Below are positions 36,026 through 50,500 of a stretch of 64,000 nucleotides of DNA, piece after piece. Below the pieces are notes generated by a model, which was not told the DNA's origin, made no database searches, and worked only from the letters and a program-made list of their open reading frames with translations. The number at the start of each line of letters is the position of its first letter. Position 1 is the stretch's first letter. The position numbers and the translations under genes are program-made. The DNA comes from Lingula anatina (lineage: Eukaryota; Animalia; Brachiopoda), in contig CM120640.1 in assembly GCA_051362555.1 (NCBI GenBank), positions 16,244,001-16,308,000 on the forward strand, read 5' to 3'.

Positions 36026-39000
36026 TATAAGAATGATAAACATTAAAAAAATATTTCCCATTGGAATATGTTAGTCATGTCAGTAGCACAATGAAGTCTG
36101 ATAATACTGTACTGACCATTGGGTTTGCAAGTCATGATGATCTTGCAAACTGTCTGTTTATTTTATGTAATAGTAGTCTGCAGATAGATAAGATTTCACA
36201 TGTGAAGAGACCGCTCATAATTTGTAGATAAAAATATGACGTTTTAGATGAGGTTTTATGTACAATTTGCACAATTTACACATTGAAGTTTGTTATAACA
36301 GTGGGTGTGGAATTGTTGTTTCTAGACAAATATCAGCACAAGCTGTTCACAATGATGTTGTTATGATATATTTGTGAGTGTGAAAGTAATATCTTTGTAT
36401 ACTGTGAAGTGTGAATTAATTCTCACCTTGTGTGTAAGTATGTGGGCAGTTGAATAGAATCTTTACTATTTATGTTAACTGCTCGTTGGACATAATGGTA
36501 TATTTTCAGGTAAACTTCTAATATCATACATCTCAACCTAGCCTGAAGGTGGAAAGACAATTTATAATATATATCACAATTATACCTAAGATTATTTATA
36601 ATTTCATCAATAAAGACATGAATGCGTTATTATTTTGTTATTGCTAAATACACATTAAATAATTGTTATTATTAGTGAATCTGTTCTTATGTGAGTGACG
36701 GCCAACTAGAAATTAATGTCAGAGATCTAAAAAAAAATTCTCGCCTGTGTAAATTTTATTATTATAAATTTCTAATCATTTTCTATAAAAACTAATTAAC
36801 GGGAAAGTAAATAATTCAATATATATATTGCTGGTTAATGATTGGTCATCTTTACCACTAGAAAAGATTTTGATAGTGCAATTTTCGAGAAAAAAAGTAT
36901 CAATATTCGAGAATGCTGGCAAGTGCCTGAAAAGAATTTTGGTGGCACAAAAAGCAATCTAGAAGCCTCTCTTGGATGGGGGGGGGGGGGTAGCGAAGAA
37001 GACGCTCCATTTGAAAAGGGGAAAAATCACTAAACGCGATAAAAATCCGCAATTCGTCCCATTTATTCACCTGTGTTATCTTTATCAATATATAGCGAAG
37101 GACATCTGGTCAAAAGGAATGTTAGTTGAGATATAACCAATCCTGGAAACAGTTATCTGAAATCCACACATTTCCGTCTTTATATTGATGGTCTTGGTAT
37201 AAGATGGATACCTCTAGAGTAAAACGTGAGTGTAAATTTTTTTCTTTGAGATGTAGTATGCTAACTATAGTTTTCAGTTTCATATTTCAAAGCTCCAGTA
37301 ATTTCATAATCTATTTATTTGCTTGAAATTTATTTAATTAAACAGGTTTTTCATTTTCATGTGGAGATTAAAATAAAAATAACATTGTCAATTTTTTGAA
37401 CAACTTTCTATTTCAGAAAGTATTAAAAATCGGTAGCAAATCTTGGGTCACGTCCCTAGATCTAGTTCCATCTGGCGGCTTTCAGAAGGGATAATAATGA
37501 TTATCTGTCGCTGCTTCCAGTGGGTGTATTAAACAACTAAATCCAGCATTAAATACGATAGATGAGACACCACCCCCGCCCCCGCCATTAAAGAAAATGG
37601 AATTCATAGTAACGAAAAATCAAACAAAAGATGACAAAAAAAAAAAAAAAAAAATGAAAAGGAAGAAGATAGAGAGAAAGAAAAACGAAGAAAGGAAGAA
37701 AAGCAAGCACAAGTGCCGGACATAATAGACAAAAAGGATTAAATATTCGACTTAAAGACCTGCTTGACTGCGCTGCAGGTGAAAGAAACAAAAAACGTAA
37801 AGTTCACGGTTACGTTCACGTTTGACTGCAAACTTCTGAAATGAGATCATTTTGATTAATGAACTAACGAGAAAACATAGAGGGTGCGTTTTCCTATCAA
37901 ACAATAAAAAAAAACACAAGAAAAAAGTAAAGATTAAAAAAGTCAAATTTATTTTACAGATATTTTAGATTCACATCAGATGTTAACCTCTTTTCAAAAA
38001 TACTGATTTATCCCATGAGCTCTCGCTCATGTTTCTTATCACCCCATTCTTTTGTTTTGCTAATTTGCCCCACATAGAGAAACAAGCAGACATAAAAACA
38101 ATACATAAAGGAACTAAAAACTCTATCGCAGGTGACTCGCAGCAAAAGCTGGCAAAAGGTAGCAGTTCACATACGCGATCTCTGATAACTGACGCCAATA
38201 TTGATCTGACGCCAATGTATGATATTCATGCGTATGTGTAGCCAAGGAGATGTAGATATTCACCCCCGCACAACAGTTGGTCATTTTTGTCATGATAATG
38301 AATGTGGAAATCGCCACACTTGTACTTTCCCACGACTACAAAAATTATGGGGAATTTAGGTAATATTATATGATGAAATGTGGCTTGATATAAGAAAATG
38401 CAAGGCCATACTTAGCACTGTAAAACGTAAGACAAATCGACATTCTTGTAGCGATTATGTTATCTGTCAACTTTCTATGCTAAAAATGACACCTTTTTAT
38501 TTGCGTGGGTGATATAACTACGGAAATTCATGAAAAATTGCATTCAATTTCAACAAGAATTTCTTTGTAAATGAAAAAGATGAATTGTGAATAAGCCAAA
38601 ACTACAATCTATATTTAGTAAAATGCAAAAAATAAAATGCAGCTTGTGAAAATTGATTCTCTATGTAGAGTTTTAAAAAATCTGATAGAACAGTGCCACC
38701 TTATTTCATAAAGCAAGATAGTGTTACCATATTTGATCCACCAGTATGCCAACGCATAATGATGCCGTCTTCAAGAGGCCGTTAACCTAAAAGACGGGAT
38801 CGTGCTTTGTCTAGGATTTTTTTTAAATCTTTGAGATTGCAATAAGTAAATGTTTATCATGCCAATGTTTATAATTGGCAACGTTTACGCCCTCCAGTTC
38901 GTGATGCTAACCTCTCTTGACAGAAAGGTTTCTGAGAATTAAGAAAAATATCGGCAACCGGCAGTACCTACATACATATCTGATTTTTTTAAGAAAAAAA

Positions 39001-42000
39001 AGTTCCCTTTTAGTTTCATTGTGACAATAAATTTTCAATGTAATATTTGAGTGCCACGATCTCAAGACAACAAGTACATTGTGCACTTTTAACTCAATTC
39101 ATTTGCTTGCAGTAGATAAGACTAAAAACAAATGACGCTCGCTGCGCGGGATGGTGTCTGACCCCGAGGCTGATACACGTGACGTAAAGTCACTTTGAAG
39201 ATTGCAACAATTTTTCCCTCCTTATTTTTGTTGCATGCAATAAATAAATGCAAGGTGGTGTTCTTAATATCTGTTTGATTGTTTTCTTCAAATTACATTT
39301 TGAGTTACCTTCCTTAATTATTTAAATTAAGAAAACAGTTTTGACGTAAGCTTTTTTCGTTGTAATCCATTTTTTTATTTCATATGAATATACAGGATTC
39401 TACTGCTTTAATGGGACATTTAAAGTGACACAAATTAATCCATCAGTGAAAAAAAAGAAAAAGAAAAGAAAAACATCAACAAACAAAATCACCTCGTAAA
39501 TACTTGAATGGCGAAGGACGTGATAAGATGCACGCAGGTTGATCGTCTTCTCAAGGTCTCTTTGACCCAGACTGACAATAGTCAATTTCACAGTATTTTA
39601 TCTCTCCCTTATAATTGCCTATTCTGATCAATTTTGTCCGGAAAAGTTAAGATATATATTCAATTCACAGAAGAAAAAGTTTTGCAAAAAGGCATATTAA
39701 TACGGAGGATGGAAGAAGGAATAGTGTGGAATGATTCAAGCTAGATATATTGTATAACGGACTGGATGTTTTTTTCATAAGTTTTGTTCTTCTCAGAAAA
39801 AATATGTCCATTTATTGATTTGAGAAAAAAGAAAATTAAAAGCGATTCAAAAACAATAACGTCATCCAATATCATTATCGTGATTTTATTGTGTTGCGTG
39901 GTAACCTTCTCCTATTATCAGACTTCACTACATGATCATGCAACGAACTAGATTCCAGATATCAGGAAAGGTGGCACTCGAAAACACTATCTGTCTTCGT
40001 CAGTTCCTTATTTAAAACAATATACTATGATTAGTACAGCAATGTCTCTTCATATTTCATTTTTGACAGAACACTTGGTATTCCTGCTGTAAATACCTCA
40101 AAACATGCATTTCTCTGACAGCTGGGATGCAAAAAATGTCCCTTTTTTATGACTGCATTTAGTGAAGGGCGTTCGGCTAAAACTGACCAAATTTTGGGAC
40201 GCTCCCCCTCATTTGTTGGTAAATATAGATAGAGCATTCCAAAAATACACAGTTATAGAGTTAATTCAATTTATCTCAGGTTATTATGATAATTTAATCG
40301 GCCCTGTGTGTCTATAATCCAAAACGACATCTCCCACCTCCACAACCAGTCGACGCCCTTCAACGCCACCGCTGCTCTCATTTGGTGTTCTCGTCTTCTG
40401 ATCCAATATCTATAAATGGGCAGAGACAAATGTGCTAATGTTATCTAGATCATCTTCCGCGGTCTACCGTCGGTTTGATAGCGTAGCCATAACATGCGTC
40501 CCAAACCTGGGACCTCAAACACGGCAAGATTCCTTAACTGCATGTGTGGAAGAGGAACTGAAGCGGTTCCCACCGAACAGACATAAAATGTAGGCGTGTG
40601 TGAAATGCGCGATTAAATTATGCAATCAAATATGTAGAGGATTGTCGTGAAGTATTGAACATCCAGCTTGACTGGGAAAAGTCAACTGCTGATCTCCCAG
40701 TCTACACGTCTAAATCCATTCATTACAGTAACACGTAAAATATAATCCAAATTAGATTATATAGAATTTTCTACCATTAGCTATGATGCTTTGTGGTAAA
40801 GTGATGAATATTTTGATACCAGAAATGTCTACGGCTGTATTTCCTTGGCGCTTACGCTATGATAGGTGCATATTATTACTACTACCATGATCTATTTTCA
40901 CCTTACAAAACGGATCCACATACTGTTAATAAACATTATATTATATTCGTGATTGTCGAAGTTGTCTGAGTTATTTTTATGCAAATTGCGGGCGGCCGAG
41001 GCATATTAGACATGTAGAAATGAAAGTGCAGTCTTGGTGAAGAAGAAATCAGAAATACCAAAATTTCCCCAATATATGATGACTTCTTTATCTATTGAGA
41101 AGCAGAGGAATTTGCAACCATTTAAAAGTAGAGTAAAGCGGAATCTGATATTAAGGCTTTTATTTTCTAAAAAAAACCTCACCTTCACGTGCCAAACACC
41201 TGTCGCGATTCTGTTGTCATCAGATAAGACAGAACACGCGATGACACACTCAAATATGTCAAATTTGCTCAACATGACAACTGCAAAACCTTGTGACAAG
41301 TTCATTACACCATATTTCACCCGATGTCAAAATTTTACAAGCGTGTTTTTATCTCCGGTTATTTATCGGCCGCCAACTTTAACAAGACACAGTATGGGGT
41401 AACTCCCCAATTGATCGTTAAACCTCACGCAAGGATTCTACAAAAAAGAAAAAAAAAAGCACAGGGGATACTAAGTTTATATTTAATATTGTCTTCTTTA
41501 TTGTCTTGAACGAACACTTTGATTTATATAAACAGGAAACGAGCATTTCGAAAATAATTTCATGATAATTTCAAGAGTGTAAATTTGATTTAAAAAGGCA
41601 AAGGCTTAAAGTAACACAAAGCTACATCTCACAAAACAGTTTCAAATGAAAAAGCTTCAATTATTGCACTTAAACGTCTGGCATGGGCAGTAAACCCATG
41701 TCCTGACAAAAGACCTAAGTATCTGCTAAAATCTAACTAAATTATTATTTTTAACAATTTTTCTTCAGTACTTACCAACGAAAGCAGTAAATTGTAATAC
41801 CGGCATTAATAAAATTGTATACACGCATAAAATGATTTATTTGAAAAAAAATGTAAGTCAACATTTTATTTGAAGACGAAGAAAAATATACACGCGTGTT
41901 TGCCGCTGAAACAGGAGATTGCGTTCCAAAGGACAGGGCGAAGATACACATTTGATTTAAAGAACGCGCCAAATCAAAGCGCGTTATCATACCACATGCA

Positions 42001-43478
42001 AACCTTTTCTACTCTCTAAATTCATAAGTAAAATTATCCCGGTGCCATCTGGCGAATAATTGCTGTTACTTGGCCAGTATTATTTTGACCAGCCTCATTT
42101 TGTAAATTGTGGTAAAGATCTGTGTGAAACAAACATGTATGTAAATAAAAATACGTGCTGTATATAAGTTGGCAAAGTACTATTTTTATAACATTAAACG
42201 ATATCTTTTTAGTGTTATGTTTACGTAACCTACATTTCAACCACACAGGTATCAGTTTGGTAAAGCAATTCATTTGATAAAACAAATTAGGAATGTTAGG
42301 ACATCAGCACTTTTCTTGCACACAAATTAGGACTCTTACACATGTATCACAGACAGCATTTTCTATCGTATCGTCTAACTTACCATTAGAAAAAATATTT
42401 CACAATATGTAGGTAAAAGAATAGGCATCCTCTATGTTTAGAAAAGTTTTGGACAGCATAATATAACATCCAGATTACGCCTGCATTTCGAGAAACCACC
42501 TAGGATACACTATTTACATTTCGACAGTTTGACTTGCTGTGGTGTATTTAACACACCGTCTCATAAAGGAGTAGAGGTCCGTGTACCCGCTTCCTTTTTC
42601 CAATGACTTTTAGCCCGTTGTCTGAGAATGCAGCAAAAGGTAAAACTAGTACAGCTGCAAGTGGCCCTCTTCACATATTTGATCTGACGCGACGTTTCAG
42701 GGGGTCGCAGCGCAGGGGACGTATTACTGTGGCTCAGCCTCTGTACGCGAGACCCAGAAATTGATTGGAAAAGATTTCAGATATTTCAGTCCGCTCGGTG
42801 AAACTAAAGAGTTAGTTTTTTCCGAAGATTGCTCAGTGACATCGTGACTTGTCGTATGTTAGGGACACACGTGTGTGGTGAACATCAGTAGAAATTCTGT
42901 TGAAGATGGGGGGCCCCGACGAATCGATCACAAAGACTATTTAACTTTTGGTTCTTTAATCAGCTGAAACTCGTGTCGTTCAGTGCATCGCTTCTGCGTC
43001 TTCTTCATTGCCGATTGACTTTTAGATCTTTGATGGTGTTATGCCCTACGTTCGCAGGTATATATTTGAGACCAGATATTGAGCCTGTACTGCTGTTGTT
43101 GTTGTATTTTTCGACTTAGTCGACGAAGCAGTTTTTTTTTATGTTGTTAAATGAGAGACCCCTCCAGTTCTTTCCCGTGAGACAAGGCCTGGTGCGAAAT
43201 ATTTATAAAGATATTCAAGCTACTGTTTGTGGTGGAGTCAAAGAAGAACAAACCTTGAAGCCGCCATATCGAATTTATATCATACCTTATCATATTCAAC
43301 CATTTTTTCTAAAAAGTGCACTTTGAAATATTTGCTTTCATTTTTGTCAATTTATTGATTTATCTTTGCCATCGTATATTCCATCTATTTATATGATTGT
43401 TTATTTCTTTTTCCTACGTTTGTCTACGAAAGTATAAATTACATATTAATACTTGCATCGCACAAAGAAAAATTGTCT

Positions 43479-43563
43479 GAAGACAACTTTTCCAGGTTAA
43501 AGTTTAACTGATTTGATGAGAAGACAACTTTCCCAGGTGATTGTTTTACTGATTTGATGAGAA
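43479..43563. repeat. 41-bp tandem duplication
   Basis: GAAGACAACTTT(T/C)CCAGGT...TTT.ACTGATTTGATGA at 43479 and 43520. Confidence 0.85.
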
Positions 43564-44849
43564 TTAGTTTAGTTGAAGGAATCACATGAAAAGCCTAATT
43601 GAAGGATAACACTTACGTTGATAAACAACTAAAATTCTTTCTGTAAATGCAAACTGCTAATTGGTTTGATGAACGTTTTCTGAGAAAAGATTACTGCATT
43701 TTATATTTCCCCCTCTGCAAACATGTTTTTCAATTTTAATTAGGGACATTTATTTATTTATTCATTTATTTATTTATACAATCCAGGTCTGAAATAGCGA
43801 ATGGTAGCATGTATATATTTCAGTTCACTAATTGGGATAAAAATAATATTAATCAGGTGATGAACGCAACAGTAACAAACCTTGTGATTTTAATGGATTT
43901 AAAAAATAATAATAATAAAGACCAACTGGACTGATCAAAATGGAGAAGGCTCATTGTTTTGATACGTGAAAGGAACCAAACAAGCAAAAGATAACACATT
44001 TTACGATATCAGTGATATTATTAGACTTGGGTTGTCACTGGAGGTATATTTTTACACCTTCTGTGTCAACTGAATTTCATTTCGCGTTGGTATTGCGTAG
44101 GGATGAGAGAATGCCGACGATATCTCAAGGTCATTTATCGCCCAGTCTCGCAGATAATTATGCCATATGCTTCTTTTTTCCTCCTTATTGAAAACAGTGA
44201 CTCTATCGTCCGTCAACTCTTCTAGATATCACACACACAATCCCACACATGTGTGCTCTTGTCCTGTCATACGAAACAAAAAATTAGGCAGCGATGAAGG
44301 AATGCTATGTCTGCTATGTCGTTCAGATAATCTCAATTTGCTGGCAAATATTACAAAACTGGTGGTATGCGACTGTTCAGCTCTGCAGATAGCGCACACT
44401 TTTGATCTAAGCACGACAGTGTTCGAACTCCAGTGAGGGCTGGCGTTGTCCACTTTTGAGTTCGCGTGATATGCATGTGTTTGATTTGCTGGCTTTCGTT
44501 TATAACACTATCCTATTCTTTTATAGAGATACTGAGCGCAAGTGATAAGCACGAGTGATTGGAGTGAAGGATTTTCTACGATGTCTTCTATATTGCTACC
44601 GGATAAAAGAATTGATTAAGTTTAGGGGTGGCTCCAGAAATTCATAGAGAGGTTCGATATAGAATTATTGTCCCCACTAAATATCCCTCAATATCATCAG
44701 ATCTTTTTCATCTTTGACACTTCATTAACGTCATTAACACTGAGATGCATAGAAATAAACATTTTTTCGTTTACCTCTTTAAAACGCACCGATAGCAACA
44801 TTCATATTCAATTTTAATATGGATTTAAAGGTGTAATCATGGAATATTC

Positions 44850-45071
44850 CAGTGGCGGATTTAGGGGGTTGTCCGGGGGTCCTGACCCCCCTTAGATTTT
44901 TGACTAGCTGATTCATAGTTCTTAACCGTATCAAATGGCACCGTTCGCCCTTTAAAATACCAAAATTTTCGGGGCCCTTCAGCGGGCCCCAAACCCCACG
45001 CCAAAGGAGGGAGGGGAGGGTCGGCTTCGCATCCACGGACCCCCCTTCAAATAATCCTGGATTCGCCCCTG
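44850..45071. mobile_element. GC-rich MITE of the CAGGGGCGGATCCAG-terminus type, 5-bp TSD
   Basis: Left CAGTGGCGGATTTAGG; right end reverse complement CAGGGGCGAATCCAGG. Subterminal GACCCCCCTT motifs. TATTC at 44845-44849 and 45072-45076. Confidence 0.85.
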
Positions 45072-45325
45072 TATTCTGTTAGTAGTGGCTGTCACCGGAG
45101 GCCTTAACGTTCAAAATAGTGTATTAATTAAAAAAATTATACATTTTTAGACAAGGTTTGAAAAATCATTCGTCATAATTTTTCAAATTTTGATAAATAC
45201 ACGGTCAATTTTTTTGTTATGTCTTACACCACCCTGTTTAGCTGAGGATCGACATATCTTTTCGATCTCGGAACAACAACCCATTCAATTCGCATTTTGC
45301 TATAGCTAGTTGGCATCATCATTAA

Positions 45326-45662
45326 AGGGATAATAACTCTTCGTATGAGATCTATATTTCACAATAAAAACCTTGTGAATAACTCATAGAAATATAATAT
45401 ATTCTGTTTTACCACAAAAACAGCAGTTATAGCTTTTATTCTGATATTTGAACTTGTCTTTAGACCACATGACCTCCACTGATGTCTATACTCTGTTAAA
45501 ATCTCTTAAGAGATTTTAACAAAAAACCAAACTTTTTAGAAAAAAACCAGGGACTAACTTTGAATGTAAAAATGGATTCATTAACCATTGGTAAGTATGG
45601 GAAAATTGTTGTTTACTCCAGGAAAATTCATTTTTTGGCCGAAACGAAGAGTTATTATTGCT
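45326..45662. mobile_element. Kolobok-like non-autonomous element (TTAA TSD, AG...CT termini)
   Basis: ttaa-AGGGATAATAACTCTTCG ... CGAAGAGTTATTATTGCT-ttaa; 16/18 TIR match. Confidence 0.75.
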
Positions 45663-46883
45663 TTAAGATTATTTTGTATTCTACATGTATAAGATAAGGC
45701 GCATATTATTTTTTCATTTATTTTTTGCCGCTTTACCACTCTCTGTATGGCCGAAACATCAAGCTGGTAAGTGTAGAATCGTGCACAGGGATATTATTGG
45801 CTTATTGGAAACAAAAGGTTAATAGAATTTTACTATTGTGGTGATTGTCATCTCAGATCTCAAGAGATTTCTTTAACACCGTGGGCGTATAAACGGCCAC
45901 GTGGAGTGCAAATGTTTCCTGGTTAAGAAGAAAAATTTTAATACTGGACCCAACACAGGACAAACAGATACCGACTTTGTTCTCTAAAAATGAATATTAC
46001 ATATATATGTGAGAAATCAGATATGACTGGCTAAGAAGTTTCATGAATTCTTATATTTATTTACCAGCAAAAATCAACGACTAAATTGTGAAACCGTATC
46101 AAAACCTAGTGGTTTAATGGCAGACTATGTTGCACGTGAAGATCTTGCATGGTGCAATTTTCTTTTTTGGCTTAGCGAAAAAAAGGTTAATTTCTTTGGA
46201 AAGTAAGTTAACTTGGGTTAAACCATAATGATGAAAGGGTTTTTACTCCTTGCTATTCTACACAATGATGAAATTTTATAACAATCAACAGTCATCCTGT
46301 TAAATTTGAAGTGAATATAAAACCTCCAGTTACGTCCTTGGCCACGTAAGACATCAGTGGACAGATAAAGTCTATGCAAGGATGCCATGGCGTCGTCTCT
46401 CTTGGTATTGGCATTATATCGATTTCAGATGTGAAAGTTGTGTAAAACTATAAAAAAGTTCCATTATACGTACCGATCTTGACCTCGAATTAGGCAGCAC
46501 CTTTAAGCTGGTTGTTGGATATTTTACTCTTAAAAAAACTTTTGCTTCATAAGCTATTGTCAGCTGCACAGTTTTCTACCCTACAACATTCAAATTCATG
46601 AATTTGTTGACAACTTTCGAATATGTTTTTGTTTTGCATGTTTTTGTAATTCTGTTTTCTTGAATAACCAATCCAGTAAATCCTCTAAATCGATAACGAA
46701 ATTGGCCTCCTTTTTTTAAAGGACGCATTTCAATTGGCATTACTTTAAAGCCACGCGTCTTCAAAAATAACCTTTTTCTATTTTAAAAAATATATCTTTT
46801 TGAATTGCATTTCAAAAGTGTTCCTTTAAAAATGCATTCTTCCTACAAAAGAGAGACAAAAAGCATCAGTATGTTCAAAATTC

Positions 46884-47580
46884 TTTATTCTTATTTCATA
46901 TCCCCATTGTTTCCAAGAGTAAAACATCCCAGGAAAACGGAATAACATGTCAATAACCAACGCTAATCTTACGCCTACAGTATCTCCACACTATTGCACG
47001 CCTTTATCTCCGGGATGAGATTCGTCAGTCAAAAGTAATATTTCTTTTTTCGGAACAAAATTCATTGGCAGTGGCACTTTTTCTCAAAAACAGAAAAAAA
47101 AACAATTATCAGGTTAAAGAATGAGATTCACACCACGATAACAATAACACATGAGACGTAAAAGTATCGCACTGGATAAGCGCACCGAGAAACTTATGCC
47201 TTGTCTTTCAAAACGCCAACATTTCCAAACTGTTCCTGCTAGCGTTCGCCACCCGTTGTTTAATAACCCTCCTCCTCAAAATCTTGCTGTTTTACAGCTT
47301 TGATTTCCGTAACAAAATAGTATAAAAATAAACATTCACATCCATATAAATAACAAATAAATTAATTTGTGAACACGGTCAATAAATAACAAGCATTATA
47401 ATACATTGCTCAGGATGAGATGACAATACTAGGAATATCAAATCGGATGAATGATGACAACGTGAGTCGGTGAGATGTACGGACCTTTGGATGCTGACAC
47501 CACAGTGAACATTTAAGGGAAAATTACCCCCTAGATATATTGTAACAAGACAAAAATAGCGTAATTGTCTACAGGTGAAC
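46884..47580 (-). promoter_or_regulatory. TGF-beta-like gene 3' UTR with ARE and poly(A) signal
   Basis: UUAUUUAUU (AATAAATAA on + at 47381-47389), more AUUUA motifs near 47346-47362, AATAAA on - at 46889..46884. Confidence 0.55.
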
Positions 47581-50500
47581 TTACGCGCACTTACATTCTT
47601 CAACAATCATATCATCGTATTCTCTCTGCACTAAGTTACCGTCTTCGTCAAAATGTAACAGTATGAGAGGGCTAAGTTTGTTGGCTGTACAACAGGGAGC
47701 TGGGGCAGCGGCGGGATTGAATAACTGGATAAGAGCCTTGATAGTGGAAAAAGTGTACGCACTCTTGTACTTATGCGGACAGGAACCGTCGCAATAATAC
47801 GCGTCGTAGTATTCCGGCGCCACAACCCAACTGTCCCAGCCGATGTCTTTGAAGTAGACTCGGAGCGGCTGACGGCAGCAGCGCTCGTTTCCTTCTCCCG
47901 CGCAGTCTTTTCTCTCCAGGGTCCGCTTTGGGCGCCCGGGGAGTGGTCGGAGTTGTGTATATATATGTAAGGACGGAGATAAATCGTTCTCAACGGAGTA
48001 TGTGTCGTTGGTAGAGTCTTGGGAACTGTTTCTATTCATAGAAAATTCTACTAACTCACTAAGATCCTGACCTTCCGAGGTCACTTCGATACCAAAGTTT
48101 TTTCTTGGATTGTCCATCCACACTTGGACTGAGTCTTTAATATCAAAACTAATCCACCCTGGATCATATAAAGATACTGGCTTTGAATCAATCAAACGTC
48201 TTGAAATTATTTTCCCACTTTTTAAACGCCTGGTATAATGATAAACACTGAGGGTTATGCTTTTCCCTACGTTTGTTTTGTCTTTAAGGCGTTGTGGAAA
48301 CGTCCGTGTTTTAAAGAGATTTAATGTGGCAGAGTGAAGGTGGAGTTGTCTTTGTGAGCCGTCCTTCGGCTGAGGAATGCGAACGTCGAAATAAAGTCTT
48401 GTCTTTTTGTTGTCATTCCATAATCTTGGATCAATCTCACTAGCAGCTGGCGGGTCTAAGGAAAGATAAAAATAGAAAACATCAATACCAATTTACAGAC
48501 ATGTATTTTATTTAAGTGCTCAGATATGGGACTGTAATGGCGTTCTATTATCTTGTAGTTTGCAGGTGGCTCTAGTGGGAGTATTTATTGCCATCACCTT
48601 GGACTTTTGCCTACTGGTACAAGAATATCGTGCAGTTTGTGGTTGTGGTGACAACTAAATAATAATACTTGCTCATTTGACGCTTTATTTAACGTGGGTG
48701 GGGAGGCACTCTGCACGCGTTGGGGCTTCATACGACCGCATGGCCACACGCTAAGTTTCTGTAGGGAAATCAATGGCGTAGAGGGACAGGCTGTTCTGCC
48801 TTGCTTGATGCACTGTCCTTAATAATATCAATTATCAATAACAATTGGGTAATCATTCGCAAAAAGCGATGATCGATGTGTCTCGGTTGCTTGGTGTTAA
48901 CAACACAGTACCAAAACTCAAGGTATACTGGTTTTATAATTATGTGCTACGTAATTCGGAATACCTGAGAAACCCCTCTGTATGCCAACGCACAAGACTC
49001 GTGACTTCTCGATATCTGAGAGAGCCTCTTGTGATGTTGATTCGGTGTCATGCCGTACTATGGCTTTAAAGAATGTCGTTGTGTACATTTTTGGTACTGG
49101 ATTAGAGGCTTGCGCAGCTATCAATATTGCAATGTACTGGGTGGCCGTCCAAAGCGATGGTCGGTGTTGAGCGCCGGTGTACGTGTGTATTTTTGTACAT
49201 ATTTACTCTGCTCATGAGCATTCCTGTTCAATCTGTTACACACTTTATCTATTGGGAAGGGGTCAATTAAAGCTATTTTTACAGTCGCAGGGAGCAACAT
49301 AACTGCAATGTCAACCCACATATGACACCTTCGCTAAGTGCAACGTGTTAAAGGAATGCCGTTTATTGCATCTCCCATGGCTGGGGATTTTGAGGTCACT
49401 TACACTTGCCATCTTTTTTTTTATGAACCCATGAGATTGTGAGGTGTATTTGGCTTAAGTGACAATACGCTTGACGTCATGCTAAGCTTTAGCAAGCCTA
49501 TAATCTCATTATTATTTCTTTTTATTTCCCCTGTTTGCCAAAAGGTGATCTTTCAGAAAGTCGCATGTTTCTATCTATATCTCTTCTGGTTAACATTATT
49601 TAACTTTTTAAAGCCACCGGAAGATAACCTTATCGATATGTGATCGAAAATGACCAGCACCTATTTATAGAGTTGACGTGTTTAGTATCTAAACCAGTCT
49701 TCATTTACCCTTTGATAAGTTTCATGCGAAATGCCTTAAGGACAGTAGTTCGTCGGTTCGGTTCCTTAGCGTTCAAGAAAAAAAAAAACTGGGAACATAA
49801 ATATTAATTGTCCTTTAATTAATCCTTTCACGATTTCACAAGTGGCTAAGCTGCCCAAACACTTGTGCATGCTTCAGGTCTTCGGGTTCAGCGGTTTTGG
49901 CCCAGAGGTTAAAACGGCGAGGAAAGTGTATTGAGTATGATCTTTTGTATTTGTTAAATTCCTTGCATATCTGATCTGTTATCTTCCCTATTGACATAAA
50001 ACCCCGCCCCAAAATAATCCTGTAAATACCGCCAGCTTTTGATTAAGCTGGTATCGATCTCTCAGATTTAGGGGAATTGGCTCTAATTAAGTCTTCAATG
50101 GACACCCGTTCACACCTGTTGAACAAATAGGATGGAACAGGTCACACCTTATAATTTACCTAGCAAAATGGGGAGTATTTTTATATTTTATGATATGGAT
50201 TTTATAAATACCACCAAAATCAATATAAATGAACTGAAAACAAACAAACACTTACCAGTGGATGAAAAACTGTGAAATGTTTTGGCGAAATATTCCTCTC
50301 TTTCGTACAATACATGAGTCCTGTCGTGAGACAATTGCAAGGATTTGTTATAAAGTCGTATCATTTTTTCTCTCTCTTCTGAGGTAATGTTAAAACGTGA
50401 AGCGTCCGGAACTTTCTGTAGTCCTAGTTTGTTAAGAATTCCCTTCTGTATGGCATGAAGTCTCTCCCGTTTTAAGCGCTTGTGGCTGTGATGCCCTGGG

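Noticed and set aside
40400-40590. CCAAT/TATAAAT followed by a 30-aa ORF (MRPKPGTSNTARFLNCMCG...)
   Set aside because: It is too short, has no signal peptide or family motif, and the CCAAT-TATA spacing is atypical.
47631-47993. 120-aa alternative-frame ORF overlapping the TGF-beta mature domain
   Set aside because: It is a shadow frame of GC-rich coding sequence, without an ATG start or independent features.
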